20,000 nucleotides of DNA from an uncultured virus (IMG/VR IMGVR_UViG_3300029258_004309) (taxonomy: Duplodnaviria > Heunggongvirae > Uroviricota > Caudoviricetes): IMG/VR virus record IMGVR_UViG_3300029258_004309. One strand, 5' to 3'. The notes beneath the pieces are model-generated. The model was not told the origin of the DNA, made no database searches, and saw only the letters and a program-made list of their open reading frames with translations. Made by a program: the position numbers and the translations under genes. This document shows, in pieces, positions 1 through 8,958 of the stretch (within the stretch, counting starts at the first letter, position 1; every line of letters begins with the position of its first letter).

Positions 1-1
1 G

Positions 2-244
2 CGCACGCTCAAGCTGCCCATCGTCGGGTCGCTGCACACCGCCGCGTTCTTCGAGTACGGAGATCGGCTCGAGTCAGAGTCCCCCCTGCCGGCTGGGCGC
101 AAGAGCGCGTACGAGCGCAAGACCTCGAATCAGGCTGCGGGGTGCAGGGGCGTCAAAGGCCGGACCACGGTCATCGAGATGAGCGAGCCCTTGGAGAGCT
201 ACCCGATCCCGCGACATCGCCCGGCTACGGAGATCGACGCATGA
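2..244 (+). CDS. 3' end of a hypothetical protein (5'-partial; ...RTLKLPIVGSLHTAAFFEYG...PATEIDA*)
   Basis: Frame 2 is open from the window start to TGA 242-244, which overlaps the next ATG (ATGA); GC3-rich codons. Confidence 0.7.
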   Translation, partial: RTLKLPIVGSLHTAAFFEYGDRLESESPLPAGRKSAYERKTSNQAAGCRGVKGRTTVIEMSEPLESYPIPRHRPATEIDA

Positions 245-699
245 GCACAGAGAGGTCGCTACGCGACGTGCTCGAGGGCAGGGGCGAGCTGCGCAAGCCC
301 AAGAGGGCGGGCTTCTGGGCCGATAACCCACCGAAAGAAGATGGCAAGTCTCAGGGCCTCATGCAGTACCTGCGCATGGAGCATGAGAAGTCGATGCAGG
401 AGTACCCGATTGCACAGCAGCATGTAGACCCGCAGTGGGCTATCGACAGCCCGGTAGAATGGGCGGCAGTAGTGACGCACCTTCGCGCCGGCAAGGAGAA
501 GGACTGGTACAAGGGCTCGTCGAGCTGCCGGTTGTGCGGGTGCACCGACGGATCGGCGGACATGACGGACGGTGAGTGGGTGTGGCCCCAGGGTCTCCTG
601 CACTACATCATCGTGCACGACGTCAAGCCTCCGAACCAGGAGTTCATCGACCACTGCGTGCGGGAGCTCAAGAGGCGCTTCGCCTTCAAGGACGGTTGA
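241..699 (+). CDS. Hypothetical protein with probable metal site (CxxC ... WVWPQGLLHYIIVH.V.PP..EF)
   Basis: ATG 241 is coupled to the upstream stop; CRLCG plus HY..H resembles a widespread uncharacterised family. Confidence 0.8.
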   Translation: MSTERSLRDVLEGRGELRKPKRAGFWADNPPKEDGKSQGLMQYLRMEHEKSMQEYPIAQQHVDPQWAIDSPVEWAAVVTHLRAGKEKDWYKGSSSCRLCGCTDGSADMTDGEWVWPQGLLHYIIVHDVKPPNQEFIDHCVRELKRRFAFKDG

Positions 700-730
700 G
701 TCGTCCGCCGCTCACCTGTACTCTACCGTC

Positions 731-1276
731 ATGGAAGAGCGACTTGTAGAAGAAGAACCGAAGGAAGAGCAGAGCAAGCCGCACGAGCGGATCGCGGAGC
801 TCGAGGTGGAGCTGGCAGCGGCCAAGGCCAAGAAGGCCGACGCAGAAGCCCGCGCGGCCAACCAGAAGGCCTTCGGGGACAAGGCGCGGGCTTGGAGGGA
901 GTGGGTGCAGCTCGGCCTGCTCATTCTCGGCCCGGCGCTAGGCGGCTACGCCGTGCTCACGAAGGCCTCGTCCGAGAAGGTGGAGAAGAATTACGATCGG
1001 ACCAGGGAGGCCATCGAACGGCTTGACGAGAACGTACAGGAGCAGCACAAGGCCACGAAAGATGCGGTCGACTTCACAGAGAAGGCGACCAAGGCCGTGG
1101 CGAGTGCTCTGCCCGTCCCCGCAACCTCCGCGGCTCCCTCAGCGGCAGGGGGCACGGGTGGGGGCACCCACCACGCGGCGAGCGACGAGCCCCCTCAGCC
1201 GGACATCCCCGATCCCCCGAAGCTGTCCGAACCAAAACCTCCAGTTGCGCTGCCCCCTGCCTCTGCCGCATTCTGA
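731..1276 (+). CDS. Single-pass membrane protein with coiled coils and a Pro-rich C-terminus
   Basis: Hydrophobic segment WVQLGLLILGPALGGYAVL flanked by charged helical stretches; ATG 731 is preceded by -10-like TACTCT and has no SD. Confidence 0.75.
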   Translation: MEERLVEEEPKEEQSKPHERIAELEVELAAAKAKKADAEARAANQKAFGDKARAWREWVQLGLLILGPALGGYAVLTKASSEKVEKNYDRTREAIERLDENVQEQHKATKDAVDFTEKATKAVASALPVPATSAAPSAAGGTGGGTHHAASDEPPQPDIPDPPKLSEPKPPVALPPASAAF

Positions 1277-1282
1277 GAGCCC

Positions 1283-2491
1283 ATGGGTCGCTACTTCCCC
1301 AACCGAACCACTGAGATTCTGCAGGCCAGCGTCATCAACATCGACATGGTCCAGTGGACCGTGGACGTGTACTCCAAGAAGGTGGGTCGGTGGTTCCCGA
1401 ATGTGCAGGTCGGCAACATGTACTTGCACCACGCCGCCGGCGAGGGCGTCTACGCCGTGCCGGACCTGGGCGCCACGTGCATGATCTGCCTACCCACGGA
1501 CCTGTCTCCGCCCTTCATCCTGTCGTACGTCGCGCCGCCCGAGGTGATCAGCGGCGACGAGGTGGACAACCCCGACGAGGAGCTGGCCGAGGAGCTGGCC
1601 AAGGACGGCGATGCGCTGGACCAGGCCGACAGCTCCTCGAGGACGCGTCCTCTCGGCTTCACGTTCGGGTTGCGGCGTGGGCGCGCCAAGCCGGGCGACA
1701 TCGTCATGCGGGGCAGGGACGGCAACTTCGTCATCCTGCACCGAGGCGGGGTGCTCCAGCTCGGCGCCAGCGAACTCGCTCAGCGCATCTATCTGCCCCT
1801 GCGCAACCTCATCATGGACATGGCCGAGCGTTACCGCATGACGACGGCTGCCGGCACCATCCGTTGGGGGATGCAGGAGCTCGACTACGAGAAGCGTGAG
1901 ACCGAATGGATGCAGACGCTTCGCGTGTTCGCCGATGACGCCTACGCGGACCTTCGGATCGTTTGCGGGCACGTGAACAACCCCGTGCGCCTGCCCGAGG
2001 GGGACGACGACAAGGACATCCTCGACCAGATGCAGTTTGCCGTGAACGCCCCGGTCGTCTACGAGGTCACGCTGCTGCCGGGGGGCAAAGACAGCGGCTT
2101 CAACGCTGAGAGCGGCGAGGTCTACAAGAAGAGCTACAACCAGATGAAGCTCCAGTGGAAGTTCGACCGTGACGGCAAGGCGTACGGAAGGTTCGATGGT
2201 GACGCGTTCCTGAGCTGTCAGAAGAACCTGTTCGTGCGCGTCAAAGGGAACCTGGACATTCAGTCCAAGGGCGTGGTCAATCTGACGGGCGACGGCAATG
2301 CGACGCTCGGGGGCAAGGGCACCACCAAGGTCAAGGGGCAGGAAGTCATCTTGGCCGATGGGGCCTTGGGCGTGGCGCGGATGGCCGACCAGGTTGCAAT
2401 CGTCCTGCCCCCTAGCCTGGCGGGGCAGGCGGGGCTGCCTGTGCTGTACGGATCGATCATCACCTCGAGCGCCAAGGTCAAGGTGCCCTGA
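1283..2491 (+). CDS. Phage baseplate central spike / GpV(gp45)-like protein
   Basis: N-terminal OB-fold-like region (TVDV...VQV...GVYAVPDLGATCMI), PGDIVMRGRDGNFVIL segment, C-terminal beta-helix-like repeats (VKGNLDIQSKGVVNLTGDGNATLGGKG) and VARMAD...GSIITSSAKVKV end. Confidence 0.65.
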   Translation: MGRYFPNRTTEILQASVINIDMVQWTVDVYSKKVGRWFPNVQVGNMYLHHAAGEGVYAVPDLGATCMICLPTDLSPPFILSYVAPPEVISGDEVDNPDEELAEELAKDGDALDQADSSSRTRPLGFTFGLRRGRAKPGDIVMRGRDGNFVILHRGGVLQLGASELAQRIYLPLRNLIMDMAERYRMTTAAGTIRWGMQELDYEKRETEWMQTLRVFADDAYADLRIVCGHVNNPVRLPEGDDDKDILDQMQFAVNAPVVYEVTLLPGGKDSGFNAESGEVYKKSYNQMKLQWKFDRDGKAYGRFDGDAFLSCQKNLFVRVKGNLDIQSKGVVNLTGDGNATLGGKGTTKVKGQEVILADGALGVARMADQVAIVLPPSLAGQAGLPVLYGSIITSSAKVKVP

Positions 2492-3099
2492 TGTTCGACG
2501 TGCCGCTTACCGACTATCAGCTGGTTGACGTCAACGTGGGGCTGGCCGCGGCCCTGAGCGTCATCAACCCCTTGGCCTTGTCGCTGGAGGCTTCGCTGTT
2601 CGGGGCCTTCGGCCTCGGCCCGTTGCAACTCGACTTCCAGGCCCGGCTCGACGCAGCGTTGTCGGTGAGCCTGAACTGGAACCCTTCGGCGCAGATCCAG
2701 GCGCTGGGAGAGTTGGCCGGTGCCATCAGCGCCGGGCTCGTCCTGCCGCTCCCAGCGGTCAACGCCAGTGCCGACGCTGCCGCGGACCTCCAGCTCAAGA
2801 TTGGCGGCATCCAGATCCTGCTCGACGCCGGCCTTGCCCTCATTCTACCCAGCCTCGATGCGGTGGCGGCCGGACAGGCAGCGCTGAGCGCGAGTCTCGG
2901 GTACTTGGTTTGGCACGGTTCAGGCGCCCAATTGGCCGCCGAGCTGTACCCGGCTATCACGGCCAAGTACGGTACTGCGGGAGGGGTCTACGCCCTCTGC
3001 CTGTTCTTTGACGCTGCTGCTTTCGCCACCATCAGCGGCAACATCTTCGTGGGCATCCCGGGCGTGCCAAACGCCGCCATGTTCAAGACGACCCCGTAG
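2491..3099 (+). CDS. Very hydrophobic Ala/Leu/Gly-rich protein, probably baseplate/tail-associated
   Basis: TGATG overlap with the spike-like gene; 202 aa with few charged residues. Confidence 0.7.
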   Translation: MFDVPLTDYQLVDVNVGLAAALSVINPLALSLEASLFGAFGLGPLQLDFQARLDAALSVSLNWNPSAQIQALGELAGAISAGLVLPLPAVNASADAAADLQLKIGGIQILLDAGLALILPSLDAVAAGQAALSASLGYLVWHGSGAQLAAELYPAITAKYGTAGGVYALCLFFDAAAFATISGNIFVGIPGVPNAAMFKTTP

Positions 3100-3100
3100 C

Positions 3101-3129
3101 GTATTCCGGCATCATCCCGGTCATAAGAC
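3101..3129 (+). promoter_or_regulatory. Putative phage promoter, degenerate copy (GTATT-N13-GGTCATAAGAC)
   Basis: Same spacing as the copies at 7217, 9360, 10842 and 12917; lies at the start of the accessory block. Confidence 0.45.
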
Positions 3130-3163
3130 CGTCGAAGATAGTCTCAGCTACAGGAGGAAACAG

Positions 3164-4588
3164 ATGGGAAGAGCACTGAGCGACGCCGAGCTCATCATCG
3201 GCCATTGGTATCTGGTGGGGGGCCTGAGCGGCCCCCGCTTCTACTGCGTGACCGGCATGCACGACGGCCTGGTGATGCTCGCTGACGGGCTCACCGAGGC
3301 GCAGAGTGACCGCAAGAGCTTCAAGGAGATGGCCGCGCCATTGCGGCGCTTCAGCTACCCCAACGGGACCATCGTAGCCGTCTTCCACGAGTGCGTTCGC
3401 AAGGGCGTCGTGGTCGGCATGGGGTCCTTGCAGGGCCGGCGCATCGTGCAGCTGGTTTTGGGGGACGGCTCGTGGGCGGAGAAGGTGGAGGTCGACACGA
3501 AGTGCATCTGCGAGCTCCGAGACGTCGGGTGGGCCGAGGATAAGCAGCTCAAGCCCACGAACCACGGAGACTGGGTGGAGTACGGCAGCATGCCCGTGCT
3601 CGTGAGCAGGTTCCAAGAGGACACCTGCCAGATCCTCCGCTGTCACGTGGCGCCGGACTGGCTGGAGTTCAAGCGCGATCTGCAGCCGGTGGAGACCCGC
3701 TACCTTCGCCCGTGGCGTCTACCCAAGCGCATGATCATCGGACAGAGGGTGATGACCCCGGCGGGCACGGGGGTGCTCGGTCAGCCCTCCGTCAACCTCA
3801 ACGTGTGGGAGGTCGTCGTGGAGTCCGACCATCGTCATCTTCTCTTCACGGAGAGGATGCTCATGCCCGTCGAGATCTTCACGAGGTTGCACGAGATTCA
3901 GGGCAAGGAAGAGCTCCCCGACTACCCGCAGACCATCACCAGTCCTGGGGTGCGTCTTGCGTGCAGGAACATGGTCGACCAGGAGCGGGGCGGCGAGTTC
4001 GGTCCTTCTCCGCTCAGCCACCTGTTCCAGTACTGGGCCGCTCGGGAGATGGCGCACGATACCGTCCTCGACTCTTTGAACATCGCCAAGGCGGCAACGC
4101 CCATGCGCAAAGAGCCCCCGTGGCCAACGTTCGAGAAGGACGCCAAGGGCATCGGACCCGGGGGCATGGTGACGCGCGACGGCAGGCCCATTGGCCGGGT
4201 GATGCTGCTGTCCTCGACGCACGACTACCTCGACATCCTCTTTTGGCGCGAAGAGTTCAAGAAGCTGGCCCAAGAGGAGGCGCACGCCCCCATCCGGTCG
4301 AAGATGGAGGGCGTGAAGGTTGACTTCTCGCGGCAGGGGGAGATGGGCGTCGCCTCTCTTCGGGATGCCGCCGCACGCTGGGCGAACTTCGATCCTACGA
4401 CCGTGACCGACAAACAGCTCATCGCCGAGCTCAAGGGCGAGACCGCAAACAGAAAGAAGACCGAGCAGGAACTGCGCGGCACCATCGCTGAGCTCCACGC
4501 CGAGGTGGAGCAGCTTCGTCAGAAGCTCATGCTTCACGGCGACCGCGCGCAGACGTGGTGGGATTCCCTCACGAGAAAGAAGGAATGA
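3164..4588 (+). CDS. Hypothetical protein with several small beta-rich (SH3/KOW-like) modules and a C-terminal coiled coil
   Basis: AGGAGG SD before ATG 3164; recurring G-x-x-V...G-x-V strand patterns; heptad-like C-terminus. Confidence 0.8.
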   Translation: MGRALSDAELIIGHWYLVGGLSGPRFYCVTGMHDGLVMLADGLTEAQSDRKSFKEMAAPLRRFSYPNGTIVAVFHECVRKGVVVGMGSLQGRRIVQLVLGDGSWAEKVEVDTKCICELRDVGWAEDKQLKPTNHGDWVEYGSMPVLVSRFQEDTCQILRCHVAPDWLEFKRDLQPVETRYLRPWRLPKRMIIGQRVMTPAGTGVLGQPSVNLNVWEVVVESDHRHLLFTERMLMPVEIFTRLHEIQGKEELPDYPQTITSPGVRLACRNMVDQERGGEFGPSPLSHLFQYWAAREMAHDTVLDSLNIAKAATPMRKEPPWPTFEKDAKGIGPGGMVTRDGRPIGRVMLLSSTHDYLDILFWREEFKKLAQEEAHAPIRSKMEGVKVDFSRQGEMGVASLRDAAARWANFDPTTVTDKQLIAELKGETANRKKTEQELRGTIAELHAEVEQLRQKLMLHGDRAQTWWDSLTRKKE

Positions 4589-4926
4589 TGGACGAAGAGC
4601 TACTGGCCCGTACGGAGGAGGCCTTGAAGAAGGTCGACCCTCTCACCGAACCGCTCTGCAGACTCATCCAAGCAAACATCGAAGGCGACACCGACACGGC
4701 AGGGGCGGCGCTCGAGGCCCTCAGCGTGGACCTCACCCCGTTCGAGATCGCCCTGCTGCTGTCCCAAGCCTCGGCAGCCATGGTCGCCATCATCAGCGTC
4801 GACACCGGCACCGGGCCCTTGGGGGTGAGCACCCTGACGCAAGTACTCAGCGTGGTCCACAGCTCGTATGCAGAGGACATCTACAAGGGAATGGCAGGAG
4901 GTAGCCATGAAGACAGTGGAAGATAG
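4585..4926 (+). CDS. Hypothetical helical protein
   Basis: ATGA overlap with the upstream stop; GC3-rich codons. Confidence 0.75.
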   Translation: MMDEELLARTEEALKKVDPLTEPLCRLIQANIEGDTDTAGAALEALSVDLTPFEIALLLSQASAAMVAIISVDTGTGPLGVSTLTQVLSVVHSSYAEDIYKGMAGGSHEDSGR

Positions 4927-5998
4927 GGTCGTCGCGCACCTCAACGAATGGGCGAAGCTGAATGAGAGGGACGGCATCGACGAGAATCTCGTGCGCGGTC
5001 TGACCGCGCTTGCACGGAAGCTGCTGCCTCCCGTTCTTCGGAACGAGGTAGCCTTTCTTGCGGATCTCGTGGAGAGCGTCGTCGATGCCCCCACGAACAA
5101 CCCATACTTCCACCTGACCGTCATGATCTTCTCCCACTACGTGGAGAAGTGCGAGCTGCCTGAGCCCCCGGACCCGGGCGAGTCCAACGGTCCTGGCGAT
5201 GAGGTTCTCGCCCACATGTGGATGCAGGGCGCCAAGGCCCTGGCCGACGCCTACCAGGGTAAGTCCGTGCTGTACCCTCGAGGCGTGTCGGCCTTCGCCC
5301 TCGATGGGTTTTTGCGTGATATCGCCGTGGAGACGGCGAAGGACAGGGGAGCCGCCACCAAGGACGCGGAGGAGGCCATCAACGCCTGGGTCATGCAGGC
5401 GCACGCCTACATGAACTTCGCCGTGGCGCTCGATGGTCTCCGCACGGCGGCTGAAGAGATGAGCGAAAAGGACCACGCAGCGAACCGCCGGAAGCTGAAG
5501 CAGAAGCTCGCGGAGGTCGACAAGGTTCGGCTCACTTACGTCATCCCGCCCAAGAAGATGCCGAAGACAGAGGCGCAGAAGAACTTCAAGCCTCCGCCTT
5601 TCGACAGCCCTGAGCTGATCGTGCGGGACATGAACGACGCGCCCAAGAGGATGTCTTCGCTACGCCCGGCGGACTGGACGTTCGTCTACCGAATCAGGGC
5701 CCTGCTGGCCAACGCGCCGAAGCCTCGGGTCATCGTCAAGAACCGAGAGCAGAGGGGGCGCTGGGTCCCCATCGAGCTCAAGACGCGCACCGGCAAGCAG
5801 CAGTTCGTCTGCACCTACTGCGGCCGCGTGTCCATCTACCCTGACAAGGAGTGCCCGATCCCGGGCTACGTTCGGGAGGAGCAGGAACGAGTCGACGGCA
5901 AGGCCCTCATATACTGGGGGGACTGGTTGCCGTGCCACGAACAGGAAGAAGAAGAAGGCAGGAGGGAGGCACATGGAGTACGAGATTCAGCAGGATGA
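4907..5998 (+). CDS. Hypothetical protein with C-terminal Zn-finger-like motif (CTYCG...ECP...CH)
   Basis: AGGAGGT SD before ATG 4907; long open frame. Confidence 0.8.
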   Translation: MKTVEDRVVAHLNEWAKLNERDGIDENLVRGLTALARKLLPPVLRNEVAFLADLVESVVDAPTNNPYFHLTVMIFSHYVEKCELPEPPDPGESNGPGDEVLAHMWMQGAKALADAYQGKSVLYPRGVSAFALDGFLRDIAVETAKDRGAATKDAEEAINAWVMQAHAYMNFAVALDGLRTAAEEMSEKDHAANRRKLKQKLAEVDKVRLTYVIPPKKMPKTEAQKNFKPPPFDSPELIVRDMNDAPKRMSSLRPADWTFVYRIRALLANAPKPRVIVKNREQRGRWVPIELKTRTGKQQFVCTYCGRVSIYPDKECPIPGYVREEQERVDGKALIYWGDWLPCHEQEEEEGRREAHGVRDSAG

Positions 5999-6530
5999 CG
6001 CTGCCGAGAACCCGCGGGCCGAGTTCGACCATCTCGGTACGATACTGTACACGTCGCATCGGTACCTCTTGGGTGACCGGAAGACTGAAGTGGGAGAGAT
6101 TCATCAGGTGGAGCGCGACGGCAACAACATCGTTCTGCCTGTCTACGCCTACATCCACAGTGGCGTCACACTTTCGACCAACTCGTTCGGCTGCCCGTGG
6201 GACAGCGGACAGTGCGGCATCATCTACGCGACCAAAGAGGACGCCCTCAAGTGGTTCGGCAAGGACGAGATGACGCCTGAACTCGGCAAGTTGGTGGAGG
6301 AGACACTGAAGAAGGAGGTGGAAGAGTTCAGCCTGTACCTCTCGGGTGGGGTGCTGGCGTGGGTAGTGCGGGACAGCGCCGGCGACATCCTCGAGAGCGT
6401 GGGCGGCTACTACGATCGAGAGTGTGCGGAGGCCGACGCGAAGGCGGCGTTGGAGGGCTACTTGCACAAGCGAGGCAGAAAGAACGAGATCGAGGTCACG
6501 TGCCTCGGGGAGCCGGAGGGAGCAGCATGA
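5973..6530 (+). CDS. Conserved phage/mobile-element hypothetical protein (LPVYAYIHSG...CPWDSGQCGIIY family)
   Basis: GGAGG SD; matches the remembered LPLYLYDHSG...WDSGQVG signature of an uncharacterised family. Confidence 0.85.
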   Translation: MEYEIQQDDAAENPRAEFDHLGTILYTSHRYLLGDRKTEVGEIHQVERDGNNIVLPVYAYIHSGVTLSTNSFGCPWDSGQCGIIYATKEDALKWFGKDEMTPELGKLVEETLKKEVEEFSLYLSGGVLAWVVRDSAGDILESVGGYYDRECAEADAKAALEGYLHKRGRKNEIEVTCLGEPEGAA

Positions 6531-6961
6531 AGGAGAACAACAGCATGGCGTGGGCCGAAGGACAGGCCCAAGGCAGTCAACACCCTCGGGAGGACTTGGC
6601 CATCGCCTTGGCCAATCAACAGGTCCTGTCCGCCGAGAAGGGCAAGGCCCTCATTCAGCTGCAAGATGCCAAGGAGCGCATCCGCAAGCTCGAGGCCCAG
6701 CTCACGGCGCCGCGCCGTCCCTTGGCCGACTTCGTGGCCTTGATGGAGTGCCGCCTCAGAGACAACGACCACAAGGGAGAGCAGGGTTGGAGGAGCGACC
6801 TGCCTGCGGAGCTGTACCAGCACCTGCTCAAGGAAGTCGTCGAGCTGCACGCCGCCATCCTCGATGGCCGCGGCGTCCCCAAGGAAGCGGCGGACGTCGC
6901 GAACATGGCGATGATGATCGCCGACGAGTGGAACGATGGCACCGGCTTCGGGCGAGGGTGA
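6527..6961 (+). CDS. MazG-like (all-alpha NTP pyrophosphohydrolase) protein with N-terminal coiled coil
   Basis: ME.RLR.NDHKG..GW...LLKEVVEL...KEAADVANMAMMIAD gives the ExxE...ExxD pattern; ATGA overlap. Confidence 0.7.
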   Translation: MKENNSMAWAEGQAQGSQHPREDLAIALANQQVLSAEKGKALIQLQDAKERIRKLEAQLTAPRRPLADFVALMECRLRDNDHKGEQGWRSDLPAELYQHLLKEVVELHAAILDGRGVPKEAADVANMAMMIADEWNDGTGFGRG

Positions 6962-7160
6962 CGGCACCGTCCTGCGTTTTCCGGCGTTCATTGGGATACG
7001 GCAGGACACCCCTGACGGCCCCATTCTCGGCACCATCGATCTCGACCTGCAGGTTGCCCATCTGCCCAAGCACGTTCAGAGGCACGTGGCTCGGGCTCTT
7101 CAGGGCAGCGGTTTGGCCATCGTGATGTCGAAGGCGGAGTACGAGGGTACCCGCACCTGA
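6936..7160 (+). CDS. Small hypothetical protein
   Basis: 74-aa ORF that fills the gap up to a terminator; start uncertain. Confidence 0.5.
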   Translation: MAPASGEGDGTVLRFPAFIGIRQDTPDGPILGTIDLDLQVAHLPKHVQRHVARALQGSGLAIVMSKAEYEGTRT

Positions 7161-7181
7161 AGCCCCGGCGTTCTGTCGGGC

Positions 7182-7212
7182 AAGACGCGGCAGCCAGCTC
7201 GCGTCTTTCTAC
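7182..7212 (+). terminator. Hairpin terminator candidate
   Basis: AAGACGCG...CGCGTCTT stem running into TTTCTAC. Confidence 0.55.
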
Positions 7213-7216
7213 CCAC

Positions 7217-7245
7217 CAACTTCCCTCCCTTCCAGGGAATAAGAG
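7217..7245 (+). promoter_or_regulatory. Putative phage promoter (CAACT-N13-GGGAATAAGAG)
   Basis: Repeated bipartite motif, immediately downstream of a terminator and upstream of an operon. Confidence 0.6.
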
Positions 7246-7284
7246 CGATGCTAGCCATCCAGTAGACACAGAAGGGAGACCACT

Positions 7285-7662
7285 ATGACAGAGCGCAACT
7301 GGTACGAGATCGTCGAGTGCAACCAATGCCGGCAGCACAGCAACCGGGGAACGGAGATCAGCAGCGGGCATGGGTCCATCACGTTCAAGAGTGTCGAGGA
7401 AAGGGCCCCGCAGGTCCACCTGCGCCTCGACTCGGAGGACTACGACTTGTTCGTGCGGCAGGTCAGCAGCAAGAGCTGCGCTCTGCCCGCGAACATGGTC
7501 CTGAGGTTCCAGGTGCAGGAGCTGCTCTGCAAGCACGGAGATGACCCTTGGACAGTCGTCATGCGCCCGCACGACGGCGACAGGTTCGAGTTCGACGTGT
7601 CCATGGAAGAGGGCCTCATCCTCATGCGCGAGATGCTCGAGGACATGGAGGACAACTACTGA
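7285..7662 (+). CDS. Hypothetical protein (N-terminal CxxC)
   Basis: GGGAG SD; GC3-rich codons; TGATG coupling to the next gene. Confidence 0.8.
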   Translation: MTERNWYEIVECNQCRQHSNRGTEISSGHGSITFKSVEERAPQVHLRLDSEDYDLFVRQVSSKSCALPANMVLRFQVQELLCKHGDDPWTVVMRPHDGDRFEFDVSMEEGLILMREMLEDMEDNY

Positions 7663-7889
7663 TGCCCATCACGTACGACGACGCCGTGCGGGCGTGCTTG
7701 GGCGACCCTGCGTTTCTCGAGGAGTACGACCGGCTGCGGGGCACCACCTTCAGCCAGCGCGGCTCCATCAAGAACCTCATCGACCAGGCCACTGGCAAGT
7801 ACGACGCGGATGCCAAGGAGCTCGCCTTCTTCATCCGCGACCACATCTGGCGCCCGGCCGTCGAGCTGGAGAGGAGAGCAGATGAGTGA
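7662..7889 (+). CDS. Small hypothetical protein (MPITYDDAVRACLG...)
   Basis: GGAGG SD and TGATG overlap. Confidence 0.8.
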   Translation: MPITYDDAVRACLGDPAFLEEYDRLRGTTFSQRGSIKNLIDQATGKYDADAKELAFFIRDHIWRPAVELERRADE

Positions 7890-8175
7890 CATGAAGAAGG
7901 TAACAGAAGAACAGTTCATGACGTTGACGGGTACCGAGATGCTCGGCCACCCCGCCCTGCACGACAACCAGGAGTTCTACGCCGGCGACAGGGCGTGGTG
8001 CATCCTCGTGCGTGACCGGGTCGACAACGACTTCGGCTTCGTCATCTTCGAGCGTACCCGGGACGGCGTCGAGCCGAGCGAGGTCGCCACGTCCATCGAC
8101 GACAAGGACAAGGCGCGCGAGCTCATGCTCGAGCGCGCGGGCAAGCAGAACAAGAAGTACGAGGACCTGAACTAG
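7882..8175 (+). CDS. Small hypothetical protein (MSDMKKVTEEQF...)
   Basis: GAGGAG SD; 8-bp overlap with the upstream gene. Confidence 0.8.
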   Translation: MSDMKKVTEEQFMTLTGTEMLGHPALHDNQEFYAGDRAWCILVRDRVDNDFGFVIFERTRDGVEPSEVATSIDDKDKARELMLERAGKQNKKYEDLN

Positions 8176-8183
8176 GAGGGCCT

Positions 8184-8627
8184 ATGAAAGTCGAGTGCAA
8201 GTACATCATCTGGCAAGAGAAGACCGACCAGCTCCTGCTCATGGCCACCGGCAACAAGAGCTGGCGCGGCGTCCTGTCCTTCGAAGGCGCCACGCCGACG
8301 CGCTTCGACGGCACCAGCGAGCAGGACGTGCTCGACCGCATGAAGAGCTACGTTCGCAAGACCATCGACGACGTGCTCGGTGGGGTCATCGAAGGCACCC
8401 TCAGGCAGGGCTCGTTCGTTCACGACCACGAGGTGGAGGAAGCGCCCCGTCTCGGTTGCACCGTGACCATCCGGGGGATCGATGTGGACGAGGCGTACTG
8501 GGGCACGGACCTGTCGCGCAGCCACGTCCACGACAACAAGGCCCTCGTCGCCGAGCTTCGTCGTTTGGCCGACGTGCTCGATGATGACGAGGTCGGGAGC
8601 GCCGACGTCATCATCATCCGGAGGTAG
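8184..8627 (+). CDS. Hypothetical protein
   Basis: AGGAGG SD; GC3-rich codons. Confidence 0.8.
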   Translation: MKVECKYIIWQEKTDQLLLMATGNKSWRGVLSFEGATPTRFDGTSEQDVLDRMKSYVRKTIDDVLGGVIEGTLRQGSFVHDHEVEEAPRLGCTVTIRGIDVDEAYWGTDLSRSHVHDNKALVAELRRLADVLDDDEVGSADVIIIRR

Positions 8628-8629
8628 CC

Positions 8630-8936
8630 ATGGACGTCAAACAGAAGATAGCAGACCTGCGTGCCTGCGGCGCCTCGAGGAGAACGCCGCTGAGGACTAC
8701 ATCCGCTACCACGGCAGAGAGACGGGCGTTGCGGAGGCGTAGCCGAGGGAGATGAGGACATATGGATGGCCCTGCACCTCTTGCAAGAGCTGCACTACAA
8801 AGACTCTCTCAAGTCGCTCCCAGTTACGACACGTGTCAGGCCTTCAGGTCGTATGCGGGGCGTAGTTCAAAACAAGCCCGACGCTTTTCGGCTGATCTCC
8901 GGAGGGCTGACGCGCGGGTACCCGTATAGAGAGTGA
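8630..8936 (+). pseudogene. Possible frameshifted gene remnant
   Basis: Strong GGAGGT SD plus ATG, but protein-like sequence is split across three frames. Confidence 0.3.
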
Positions 8937-8958
8937 ACTGACAGTGGAGGTAGATTGA

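Noticed and set aside
731..1484. Membrane protein as an i-spanin with a nested o-spanin
   Set aside because: The TM segment is internal, the overlapping ORF has no lipobox, and no endolysin is nearby
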